A stretch of 64,000 nt of DNA. It comes from a virus. Taxonomy: Duplodnaviria > Caudoviricetes. Shown here one piece after another: positions 32,644 through 42,084 of this stretch. The notes below the pieces were generated by a model that was not told the origin of the DNA, did no database searches, and saw only the letters and a list, made by a program, of their open reading frames with translations. The stretch lies in IMG/VR virus record IMGVR_UViG_3300031994_000004, one strand, 5' to 3'. A program made the translations under genes and the position numbers. Positions within the stretch are counted from its first letter, which is position 1; each line of letters begins with the position of its first letter.

Positions 32644-32651
32644 TATAAATA
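32644..32651 (+). promoter_or_regulatory. T4-type late promoter TATAAATA
   Basis: Exact consensus 7 nt before ATG 32659. Confidence 0.8.
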
Positions 32652-32658
32652 TATTACT

Positions 32659-35600
32659 ATGGCTGAAACAAAGTTAACATTAAACCAAAACCATTTTTTA
32701 GTTTACGAAGATTTTGACGGTGATAGAGCCGTTGATGAAAGTGAAAGACCATTAACAAACTTAGATTTCGCTAATTCATTACCATTGGATGGCGATACAC
32801 AAGTTCGTGAAACTACTAAACACAGATATTATTATCTTAATTTAGATTGGAAAAGAAGACCAGAATATTTAAATCTTGAAGGTGAAAACTTTGGTTTACA
32901 TATAATTAACATAGATACTAATGGCACAGCATATAAGAACGAATTTTGTCCTTCTGTTATGCCAAAGAAATTTATTAAGGTCAGATCAACTGATGCAGGT
33001 AAACCTGATTATCTAACACAAGGATTATGTGGTAATACAAATAGCAAAGGTTTAGGTGGTCTTGCTAATTTTAAGTATGATGGTTTTACAATAGCTGGTG
33101 AACTTAAGCTGGATTTTAAGCCTAGTGATAAACAAAGTTGTTTTTATTACTATGACAGTTATAATAAAGATTATTCGCCCCGTTCGGAAATTCTAGTAGA
33201 AGAGACTGCATATCAAGAATATGATTGGTTAAATGACGAAGTATACTATGATGATAAAATAGTATATGATATGCCATTGTTCCCATATAGTGATAATTTT
33301 GACAGTAATGATTATCTTGGTGGTTATGTTAATAGAGTTAAATTTGTTTACAAGCCAATAGAAAAAGATAACAAAGTTATTCACGAATTACACTGTTATA
33401 CAGACGATCAGCACAGTGAACCATATTATTTTGATTATTTTACTGAAGAATATGTGTCAATGAAGAATGATATTTCTCTCGTTACATTTATTCCAATTAA
33501 AGATAAACAAGCTGATATGCCTGGAGAGTTAAAATGGATGCTCTGTGAATTTTGTAGAGGAATTGCTGCATCTACAAACTTTACAGAAGTTAATAGACCT
33601 GATGACCCAGCTAGAGTTAAGTATGAATGGCGTCCTTTAACATTCAAGAACAAACCAAAGCAAGCCATTATATTTACTGACGAAGAATTCAACGAATTTC
33701 TAACTATCTATCAGTACATTCCAAAACAACCACAAGAAGATGTATCACCTACAGATTCTTCAATTCCAGTTGATGCCAATGGTAATTTCAAGTCTATTGA
33801 AGTTAATTCATACAACATAAATCCACAATTTGTTGAATATGAACCAGGTAAGACTGTTCAAGTTTTAATTGATAACAGAGATGACGAAAATGGCGAAGAA
33901 AATAAACATTTGAAAATTCTTAATAGAAATTCAGATGTTTATTATGTTACAGTAGATAAGTATTATAGTGATAGAAATTCGTCAAAATATACATTTAGTG
34001 AAAATGATTATATTTTATTGGACGCAGATGGCTATCCTTTATATTCACCAGATGTTTTAACAAAATTAGGTATTGGTTATTTAAAAGCTTCTTGGGTCAT
34101 TTATGATAATGGTGAACTTAAGGCTTATGTACCATATAGTGATTTAATTACTACTTGGTATAATGGTTTTAATAAAAAAACAAATTATGATGTTTTTGGA
34201 GAAGATGGTAAAGTAAAATCAGGTTATGTTGAAGGGCCAATTTATAGTACAAGATATTTAATGGTTCCTGATAACGGTTCATATAAATGGGCTGAAACAA
34301 ATAAATTAACATGGGATAATGGTTATTATCAAGATAACGAAGAAATCGTTTATATCTATGGTGATTTAATGGGAATAAATCCCGAACAAGTTACAAGTAA
34401 TACAGGTGCTTCTAAATATACAAATGAAGTAGAAAATATATTTAGAAGTAGACAAATTATCTATAAAACTAAGTATAATCAAAATCTTTTGTCAATGGCA
34501 AAAAATGAAGATACAAATACATGGAGTCCACTAGAATATTATGGTGGTAATCGCCCAGCTGAACCTGAATATCCAATTATATTAACTATTTTAAATCCTG
34601 AATCTGATAACCAATTCTTTGAATTTATTACTTGGCAAAAAGAACCATCAGATAGTAATGTATCTTATTCTTATACAGTAAGATACAGAATTTCCGAAAA
34701 TACATTATCCACTATTGATAAAGGTCCACAGTATAAAAACTTCGCATTTTGGACTGTAGATGCTAATAACGAAGAGGTATTGACTACAATAGATAATTAC
34801 AGTGATATTAGTCCTGTAAATGAAATTGTAGATAACGAAACAAAACCAATAATAAGAGAGATACAGTATATTATCACTTACACATTGGCACTTGATAATA
34901 TGCCTACAAATCCTTATATTGGAACATTGTTGCCAAATACTTGGTCTTATGCTCAAACAATGAAACAAGCATATCTACAAGGTCATATAGTTAGTGTAAA
35001 GAGTGTAAGTAAAGACTCTACAATTTCACAAGAAAAATACTTGGAAGAACAAATAAAACAAATTAAATTTATGACACCAAGTGAATACTATGCTGATAAA
35101 ATGCAGTTAATTTATGATGAAGATTCATCACATAATTGGTTCTGGTTAGATACATTAAGTAATTGGTGTAGATACGAACTATATGAAGATGGTACTACAA
35201 TTATGCTTAAACTATGGAATGGTTTAGGCGGCTGGGATGATGTTCAAGATATATTGAAAGAAATTAACCTTGGTGATAATAATAAACTATTGAAGAACTT
35301 TTTATATAATAAGGATTTCTTTGTGTATGGTGTTGAATTTCCAATAAACAATTCTCAAGGACTTTATATACCAGCATACAACCCAGTAGTCCCTAAGAAT
35401 GTTGGTGATGCTCATATACCAATTTTTAATAGAGGTCAGATTCACTATTTCACATTAGTTTTACCAAAAGACACCCGTTCTATTTTGTATAAAACTAATA
35501 TGTCAAACTATAATGAACAATTTAACTATAATGGCGACTATAACGATTACGCAAGAATGTTCTATCCTGAAAATAAAGAAGGAACTACTCCAAAATTACC

Positions 35601-36021
35601 AGATGATACAAGACAGTATGCTATTGGTATTGCTTCACAGTATTGTCCTTGTGTAATGAAAATGAGAACTGATGAATTAGCAATTTGTATTTACTTAACA
35701 GCACAAGTTGCTAATGAATTGGGTTATTATAAGAACATTATAACTCCTGATGAAGCAAACATCCGTTGTAAAAAGATTTTCGGGGATGGTGCTGATAAAA
35801 CCATTGAAAATGACTGGAAACGATACTTCAAAAATAATAGAATTGAAGAAAAGAAATCTGATGTTAGAGATACAAATGATGATACCATATTCAATACCCA
35901 GAGTTCAGTACTTGTAAAAGGTTCCGATACTATAAATACAATTAGAATTTATGCTATGCGACCAAACCCAACAACTAATAATAAAGACATTCAAGATTAC
36001 CTTGAAAGATGGGATAAGTAA
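32659..36021 (+). CDS. Large putative virion structural protein (1120 aa)
   Basis: Late promoter; Y/N/D-rich; in an operon with the neck gene. Confidence 0.55.
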   Translation: MAETKLTLNQNHFLVYEDFDGDRAVDESERPLTNLDFANSLPLDGDTQVRETTKHRYYYLNLDWKRRPEYLNLEGENFGLHIINIDTNGTAYKNEFCPSVMPKKFIKVRSTDAGKPDYLTQGLCGNTNSKGLGGLANFKYDGFTIAGELKLDFKPSDKQSCFYYYDSYNKDYSPRSEILVEETAYQEYDWLNDEVYYDDKIVYDMPLFPYSDNFDSNDYLGGYVNRVKFVYKPIEKDNKVIHELHCYTDDQHSEPYYFDYFTEEYVSMKNDISLVTFIPIKDKQADMPGELKWMLCEFCRGIAASTNFTEVNRPDDPARVKYEWRPLTFKNKPKQAIIFTDEEFNEFLTIYQYIPKQPQEDVSPTDSSIPVDANGNFKSIEVNSYNINPQFVEYEPGKTVQVLIDNRDDENGEENKHLKILNRNSDVYYVTVDKYYSDRNSSKYTFSENDYILLDADGYPLYSPDVLTKLGIGYLKASWVIYDNGELKAYVPYSDLITTWYNGFNKKTNYDVFGEDGKVKSGYVEGPIYSTRYLMVPDNGSYKWAETNKLTWDNGYYQDNEEIVYIYGDLMGINPEQVTSNTGASKYTNEVENIFRSRQIIYKTKYNQNLLSMAKNEDTNTWSPLEYYGGNRPAEPEYPIILTILNPESDNQFFEFITWQKEPSDSNVSYSYTVRYRISENTLSTIDKGPQYKNFAFWTVDANNEEVLTTIDNYSDISPVNEIVDNETKPIIREIQYIITYTLALDNMPTNPYIGTLLPNTWSYAQTMKQAYLQGHIVSVKSVSKDSTISQEKYLEEQIKQIKFMTPSEYYADKMQLIYDEDSSHNWFWLDTLSNWCRYELYEDGTTIMLKLWNGLGGWDDVQDILKEINLGDNNKLLKNFLYNKDFFVYGVEFPINNSQGLYIPAYNPVVPKNVGDAHIPIFNRGQIHYFTLVLPKDTRSILYKTNMSNYNEQFNYNGDYNDYARMFYPENKEGTTPKLPDDTRQYAIGIASQYCPCVMKMRTDELAICIYLTAQVANELGYYKNIITPDEANIRCKKIFGDGADKTIENDWKRYFKNNRIEEKKSDVRDTNDDTIFNTQSSVLVKGSDTINTIRIYAMRPNPTTNNKDIQDYLERWDK

Positions 36022-39000
36022 TGAGTTCATTTGTATTCAATGATTTTAAAGATAGATTTTTAAATGGTGAAGTACCAAGTGCTGATTCTTGGTATTTTAT
36101 TCCAGTATCCGAAGACTTTAAAGATAAATTTGAATTTAGCGGTATTCGTTTAGACCATTATAGAAGTCTAAGTGATTTTAAAGATGTATCTGATAAGAGA
36201 TATAATAAATCATTATTTGATTATCACGGAACAGAAATAGGTACAAATCATAAAGGTAAAGAAAGACTTGTAGATGTATCTGCTGCGGACTTTAAAGTTA
36301 GAGGCGATGCATTAATAAATGGTTGCTGTATTGAACATAAGTGGTCTAAGGTTATTGATGATGAATCATTTACAAATAAACCAATGTTTATTACAAAAGA
36401 AAATTTTGATAAATTTACTGATTTCTATCTAAACGCAATTATAAACAATACTAACATTCATGAATATTTAAATAGTGAAACGGGTGGATTCTATTTCATT
36501 CGTTCTAAAGACGAATTGGAATGGTTCGCAAACAGAAGTTTAAGTAATGACCGCATTATCGGTGTTATCGGCGATAATTTTGAAGGTGTAATTGGTAAAC
36601 CTATTGGTTCGGAAAAAGTTCCTTTCAATGGTATTTTAGATGGTAACTATTTTAATTTTGACATTACTATAAAAGCTGAAGATACAAATAATGGTATTGT
36701 AGCTGTTCTAGGTCAAGAAGGTAAAGTTAGAAACTTTAAACTTATTCATATTGATAGCACAACTAACTCTATTGAATGTAATATGCCTATTAACTTGAAC
36801 TATATCAAGCGAGATGGTAGAGATATTAACTGTGGTTTGCTTGTTGGTAAGAACTATGGTTTGATTGAAAACATTGATGCTTCTAATTTACAGACATTTA
36901 ATTTGTCTGGTTTCGTTCCCAGTGTTTATTCTGTAACAAACAAATCAGATGAATATAAATGGAATGAAAGTGTAAAAATTGTTAGAAAGAAGTTTGACAC
37001 AAATAATGAAAACTATTATTTCTCCAATTCATTTTGTATAAACTCTCCTGGTAACATTTGTCCTTATGTTGGTTATTTCGCAGAAGGTAAATTTGCAGAT
37101 GATGCTAAGTTTGCTTGTCTTGATATAAACTATAACCCACACAACAGTCACGAAGGCGATTTTACTGCTAACAAGCCTGATTATTATGAAAAAGGTGATA
37201 GTTTGAATGAATTTGTTGATAAGGTAAACAAATTATTCAACTATAAGCCACTTGGTTTGTACACAAGAGATTTATCTGGTCATTATGAAAATCATACTTT
37301 CGTTCCAGATACTTCAGGTGATTTGGTGTTTATTTCAAATGGTAGTCCTTCTAGTGTAGATTACTATGTTAAAAGTCCTTTGTATTATGGGCTTGATAGT
37401 TTTGGTAACTATACTACAAGATTAATCGGTCCAATGACTGATTCAAATTTCAGTGCTCAAAGGATGGAAGAAACTGTAATTTGTTATAATAACAACTTAG
37501 TTAAACGAGATTTTTCTTCTAAAAAAGAAAATCCTTGGTATTCTGCTTTCGCACCATCTTATGAAATGACTCGTTGTTCAATGAGAATGCACCCTCAAGC
37601 GAGAGCCGCATATAATGTTGGTATTATTGCTGGAGCAAACTATGGTTCAGCTAAAAATATAACAATTAGTGCTGTAGTAAAAAACACAAGTAACTTCGTG
37701 GGTTTCATTGGTGGATTTGCTGGCTTACAGGCTAATGGTTTTATTCAGGATGTTTCTATTTCTGTTGATAACCAGTTAATTTATGATTTCAGTGGTGTTT
37801 ATTCTGCTGGTGATACTGTTATCTACAAAACTACACCTATTGTTCCTGATTGTGTTAAACAAATTATATCTAATACATCTGCTATTGAAGATGAAACTAA
37901 ATTGTCTTTATTATCTGCATATTGTTCAGCTTGGTATGACGAAGGTTCATTGAATGATGACGATAATCCTGTCAATACAGCAGAAAATGTAACTAATGAT
38001 TGTATTACATATAAGTTACGCCCTATCTTTATTGTGGGTGGTGCTTTTGGTAGATATGTTCCAGTATTTGGTTTTGGTACTGATAGAAATCCAAAGATAT
38101 GTAGTGTTAATAATCTTGAAGTAGTTTATAAAGACAACTACTCAGATACTAATAACATAATCAAACGAATGGAAAACGCATTTGGCACATTCATTGGTAA
38201 AGTTGATTATGATAATATAACTGATTCTACATATTTTGCTACCAATATGTACTGTAGCGCTTGTTATTTCTCTGCTTTATCAAATGTTGGTGAACAGTTT
38301 GAAGTTATTCCATATAAATTTGAAAATAATCAGATTGTTCCTGTAGCAGAACCAATTCCTGGTTCAGAAACATCTTCTATTACACCACTTTCCATTAACA
38401 AGAAGTTAGTAGGTATTTACGAACTAAAATATAATGTATTGCCATCTGTAACATTCAATGCATATAATAGTGCTGTTAGTGTTTCTGGCTCAATGTATTA
38501 CGGTAATCAATTAGGAATTTATAATCGTGGTGATTATCCTATTGATATGTTAAACCATAACTGTGGTATTGAACAGTCACATATTTTGTCAAACTATGTA
38601 GATAAATCAATGCCATATATGTCATATACTGATATTAATAATAAAACATATTCTGGTTATGACCACTGGCACAATTATTTCGTATATCCAACCATTTCTG
38701 CTGGTGTTACTGCGGCTAATAATGGTAATCAAGGTGTTGCTGGTTGGAATAAACGAAATATGGCAAGAGAACTAATTTATATGAATAATTGTTCTTCTAA
38801 TATAAACAACAATTACATTCAGTTGTATGATGACTATGTTAATACTTGGAATATGAATAAAATACCATATTCGTTAAGTTCAAATACATCATTTAATTCA
38901 CAAGATATTTACTTGATTACAAAGTTGTGGAATTATTATAGAACAAACGATAAAAATTGTAAGATACCAACAACGGATGATATTGGTGGATGGGATGAAA

Positions 39001-39836
39001 CCAAAGGTAGTGCTTGGTCATCAGTATCTAGTGAGTTTGCTTGGGGATTGGATTTTAACAGAATTAACATTCATATTCTACAAGGTACTCAAAATACATT
39101 TGATGGATATACTACAGTTGATATTAAGAATAAACAAGCTTGGTATAGAACTAATAGAAAATACACTGATGTATTTAACGCATTTAATGTAACAGAATCT
39201 GCATTGAATGAAAACCAAGTTAACTGTTTGAAATATCTAATTGATTTAACTGCGCTTTCTTCAACAGTGTATTATGATACATATAGAACTTATAAGAAAA
39301 ACATAATGCCTGAAATTAGTGATAAACTATCAACTACAACTATTGACACAGCAGAATTCCATAATATGTTTAATTGGGTTCCAAGTGCTAGAGATGATAC
39401 TGATGTTTATTATTACTATAATTGTGATGACATTGTACACGTAGTAAATAATACACATAACTTCAATACATTGGAAGATGTGTTTACTTTTAAATATGAT
39501 GTTCAGTATCAACCTGTATTTAATAACTTCGGTTATGTTACAGATAAAGAACAATATAATGAAGGTATAAATATCGGACAATACTTAGTTCCTTCTGCTA
39601 TTAGACACGAAATAAGTGAATCAAAAACATTAGACCCTGAAACTAATCAACCATATTATATAACTTCTAGTGTTTCTGCTTCAAATAATTTTGGTGGTGT
39701 ATTAGTAGTAGATAGTTCTGGACATAATGTTATGTTTATTGACAATGATAAAGGTGTACAATTAACAGGTAATGCTGTAACATTCCCAGTTAAAAAGACT
39801 GCTGATGGTGATAAATGTATTTTGCAGGTAGATTAA
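36021..39836 (+). CDS. Large putative virion protein with GLUG-like/beta-helix repeats (1271 aa)
   Basis: FNGILDGN, GLLVGKNYGLIENI, VGIIAGANYG, IGGFAG, VGGAFG repeats. Confidence 0.6.
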   Translation: MSSFVFNDFKDRFLNGEVPSADSWYFIPVSEDFKDKFEFSGIRLDHYRSLSDFKDVSDKRYNKSLFDYHGTEIGTNHKGKERLVDVSAADFKVRGDALINGCCIEHKWSKVIDDESFTNKPMFITKENFDKFTDFYLNAIINNTNIHEYLNSETGGFYFIRSKDELEWFANRSLSNDRIIGVIGDNFEGVIGKPIGSEKVPFNGILDGNYFNFDITIKAEDTNNGIVAVLGQEGKVRNFKLIHIDSTTNSIECNMPINLNYIKRDGRDINCGLLVGKNYGLIENIDASNLQTFNLSGFVPSVYSVTNKSDEYKWNESVKIVRKKFDTNNENYYFSNSFCINSPGNICPYVGYFAEGKFADDAKFACLDINYNPHNSHEGDFTANKPDYYEKGDSLNEFVDKVNKLFNYKPLGLYTRDLSGHYENHTFVPDTSGDLVFISNGSPSSVDYYVKSPLYYGLDSFGNYTTRLIGPMTDSNFSAQRMEETVICYNNNLVKRDFSSKKENPWYSAFAPSYEMTRCSMRMHPQARAAYNVGIIAGANYGSAKNITISAVVKNTSNFVGFIGGFAGLQANGFIQDVSISVDNQLIYDFSGVYSAGDTVIYKTTPIVPDCVKQIISNTSAIEDETKLSLLSAYCSAWYDEGSLNDDDNPVNTAENVTNDCITYKLRPIFIVGGAFGRYVPVFGFGTDRNPKICSVNNLEVVYKDNYSDTNNIIKRMENAFGTFIGKVDYDNITDSTYFATNMYCSACYFSALSNVGEQFEVIPYKFENNQIVPVAEPIPGSETSSITPLSINKKLVGIYELKYNVLPSVTFNAYNSAVSVSGSMYYGNQLGIYNRGDYPIDMLNHNCGIEQSHILSNYVDKSMPYMSYTDINNKTYSGYDHWHNYFVYPTISAGVTAANNGNQGVAGWNKRNMARELIYMNNCSSNINNNYIQLYDDYVNTWNMNKIPYSLSSNTSFNSQDIYLITKLWNYYRTNDKNCKIPTTDDIGGWDETKGSAWSSVSSEFAWGLDFNRINIHILQGTQNTFDGYTTVDIKNKQAWYRTNRKYTDVFNAFNVTESALNENQVNCLKYLIDLTALSSTVYYDTYRTYKKNIMPEISDKLSTTTIDTAEFHNMFNWVPSARDDTDVYYYYNCDDIVHVVNNTHNFNTLEDVFTFKYDVQYQPVFNNFGYVTDKEQYNEGINIGQYLVPSAIRHEISESKTLDPETNQPYYITSSVSASNNFGGVLVVDSSGHNVMFIDNDKGVQLTGNAVTFPVKKTADGDKCILQVD

Positions 39837-40649
39837 ATGTGGTCTGGTAATAAAAATTGTATATTTAATGCTTATAGATATTCACTCGGTATTGGTGAAA
39901 TAAAGGGCAGTAACTATAAAAATATGAAGGTCTATATTACTGACAACAATTTCCTTGCTACTAATTCCGCAAGAATGAAAGGTAAACATTTCTTATCTGC
40001 TACATCAGCTGAAAATGATATGAATTATAATTTACTTCGTTTAGGCGATTTGAAAAAGAGATACGAATGGAGTGCTTTAGATGCTAGAAATAACACAGTA
40101 ATAAAAGGACTAGACACTAAAATCATTCCAACTAATTTAATTTTGGAAAATGCTGGCTTAAATACATTTAATAAAGATACTGGATTTATATCAGAAGAAT
40201 CTTATGAGAAAATGACTGACATAGCAGCATCTTCTAAAATCTTTTCTACTGATCACAATAACAGTTGGGTTACTGGAGATTTGGATTGGGTATCTGCTGA
40301 AAAAGACATTGGTAATTCCGAACAATACTTTGTTAATGAATACAATTTTAGTAAAAATTTCAATAAAACAGAATATCAGTCTTATGGATTGAGTCAAAAT
40401 TTACTTGAAGAAAATGTTGTAAGATTATCTGCTGAATCATTCTTACTTAATTCACAGAAAGCCATTAACACATCGGCTATGGACTATGGGGCAGCTGGTA
40501 TATTGTTGACTTATGTAGATGAAGGTAAAGGATTTAGTGGAGAAAACGAACTACCAGTAGCATACTTTGATTTTGGTAAAACATTACATTCAAATTATAA
40601 CTTCTTACAAATTGACTGGCACGAAGACGGAATTATAAAGGCGGAATAA
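39837..40649 (+). CDS. Putative virion protein
   Basis: In the late operon; C-terminal GILL..LPVAYFDFG..QIDW..GII. Confidence 0.55.
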   Translation: MWSGNKNCIFNAYRYSLGIGEIKGSNYKNMKVYITDNNFLATNSARMKGKHFLSATSAENDMNYNLLRLGDLKKRYEWSALDARNNTVIKGLDTKIIPTNLILENAGLNTFNKDTGFISEESYEKMTDIAASSKIFSTDHNNSWVTGDLDWVSAEKDIGNSEQYFVNEYNFSKNFNKTEYQSYGLSQNLLEENVVRLSAESFLLNSQKAINTSAMDYGAAGILLTYVDEGKGFSGENELPVAYFDFGKTLHSNYNFLQIDWHEDGIIKAE

Positions 40650-41440
40650 TGGCAGGCACAGTAAATACAAACATCACAGCATATCCGTGGTTATGTTCAA
40701 CAATGCCCAAAACAAATGACTGGGATTGTTATTCGTCAGCTGGTAACATTGTAACAGAAGACGAAGGTCATCAAGCTGAAGCATACACAACCGAAGCCTA
40801 TGGAACTTATGGCTTACAAGTAGTTTATTATAAAGTATCTGAGAATTTGGAGAGAGATAAAATTTTGGGAGAAGACCAATTACAGGTAGTCCAAAGAGCT
40901 TTCAATATAGTAATGTATACTGAACAACTACCTCCAAATGTTCGCACATACCAATTACAAGGTATTTGGGGTGAAGATGTTATAACCTGTTTCGTGGGAG
41001 TAACAGCATTCAAATACTGGAGTACTTATGGTGGAAAGGACAGAAATACACCAAAGGTTTATGATGATTTCCAACCTAGAATTGGTGATGTTGTGTATTT
41101 GCCACAAAATAAAACTTTTTATGAAATTAGAGATGTTAAATACTACCAGGAAGCATTTGGATTGCAGTCCCATACTTATACATTAACATTGAGAGTTTAT
41201 AAGGACACGAAACTAACGATAGATTTCCGAAATGAAACCATCAGTGATAAGAAAGATCCGATTTACGATGTTGCTACAAGTGATTTCCCTGAACAATATC
41301 AGATAAATGACCCATTGAAAAAGAATGATTTATTGGAGGAAGAAAATCTAGTTAAATCTGACAATGTAAATCACATGGATGTCATTTACCACAAAGAAGA
41401 CGAAGGCCGACCTAGAATAGACCCATTTGACGGTTGGTAA
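40649..41440 (+). CDS. T4 gp14-like neck (head completion) protein
   Basis: EA...YG..V.YY, D.ILGED, P.IGDVVYLP....FYEI..V and C-terminal DPF, as in gp14 homologs. Confidence 0.75.
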   Translation: MAGTVNTNITAYPWLCSTMPKTNDWDCYSSAGNIVTEDEGHQAEAYTTEAYGTYGLQVVYYKVSENLERDKILGEDQLQVVQRAFNIVMYTEQLPPNVRTYQLQGIWGEDVITCFVGVTAFKYWSTYGGKDRNTPKVYDDFQPRIGDVVYLPQNKTFYEIRDVKYYQEAFGLQSHTYTLTLRVYKDTKLTIDFRNETISDKKDPIYDVATSDFPEQYQINDPLKKNDLLEEENLVKSDNVNHMDVIYHKEDEGRPRIDPFDGW

Positions 41441-41524
41441 ACAAAAATTTACACCCATTGTAAACATAATTTTACACAAATCTTCAGTTCGCTCATTGAC
41501 AAAATGGGCGAATTTTTCTATATT
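41436..41524 (+). promoter_or_regulatory. Early promoter with two palindromic boxes and terminator hairpin
   Basis: Boxes 41436-41453 and 41459-41476; TTGACA 41496; TATATT 41519; hairpin 41488-41512. Confidence 0.85.
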
Positions 41525-41552
41525 ATAATCAAACAATAAAAGAGGTAACACA

Positions 41553-42082
41553 ATGAAAACTGCTGAATATATCAAATGGTTTAGTGAAAACAAAATTGCT
41601 GGTGAAAATGACCCAGTTCAGGGCATCTATAACTATACTGTTGGCGGTTATTCATTCACTACTAAACGCACGAAATCTGGGCACTTGTCGCTCTATGATG
41701 TGACTAATAGAAAAGTCTGTATTGCTACCCGTATTTACGATGACTATGGGGCAATAGAAGATTCTATCTACATCTACCTCTATAAGAAAATGGGTATTAC
41801 CAGGGACTAAATTTAACAACAAAAGAGGTAACAATGGCGAATTCAATTATGTTTACATACTATGCTCTTGAAAGCAAGAATACTTACGATTATCGTTACT
41901 ACTATTTTGCTGGTTATGATGACGCAGGTAATATGTTGATTACTGACGCACCGGGTAATGCAGTCGCATTTCATCATACCAAAGATGCAAAGAAGTTTTT
42001 GAATAGCCATCAGGATTTGACAGAACGATTTGAAGTTCAAACAATTTTCACGAATACTGAGCCGAGATATATGAAGGTCTAA
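41553..42082 (+). CDS. Two early hypothetical proteins (41553-41810, 41834-42082)
   Basis: Both preceded by the same AACAAxAAAAGAGGTAACA leader. Confidence 0.7.
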
Positions 42083-42084
42083 TT

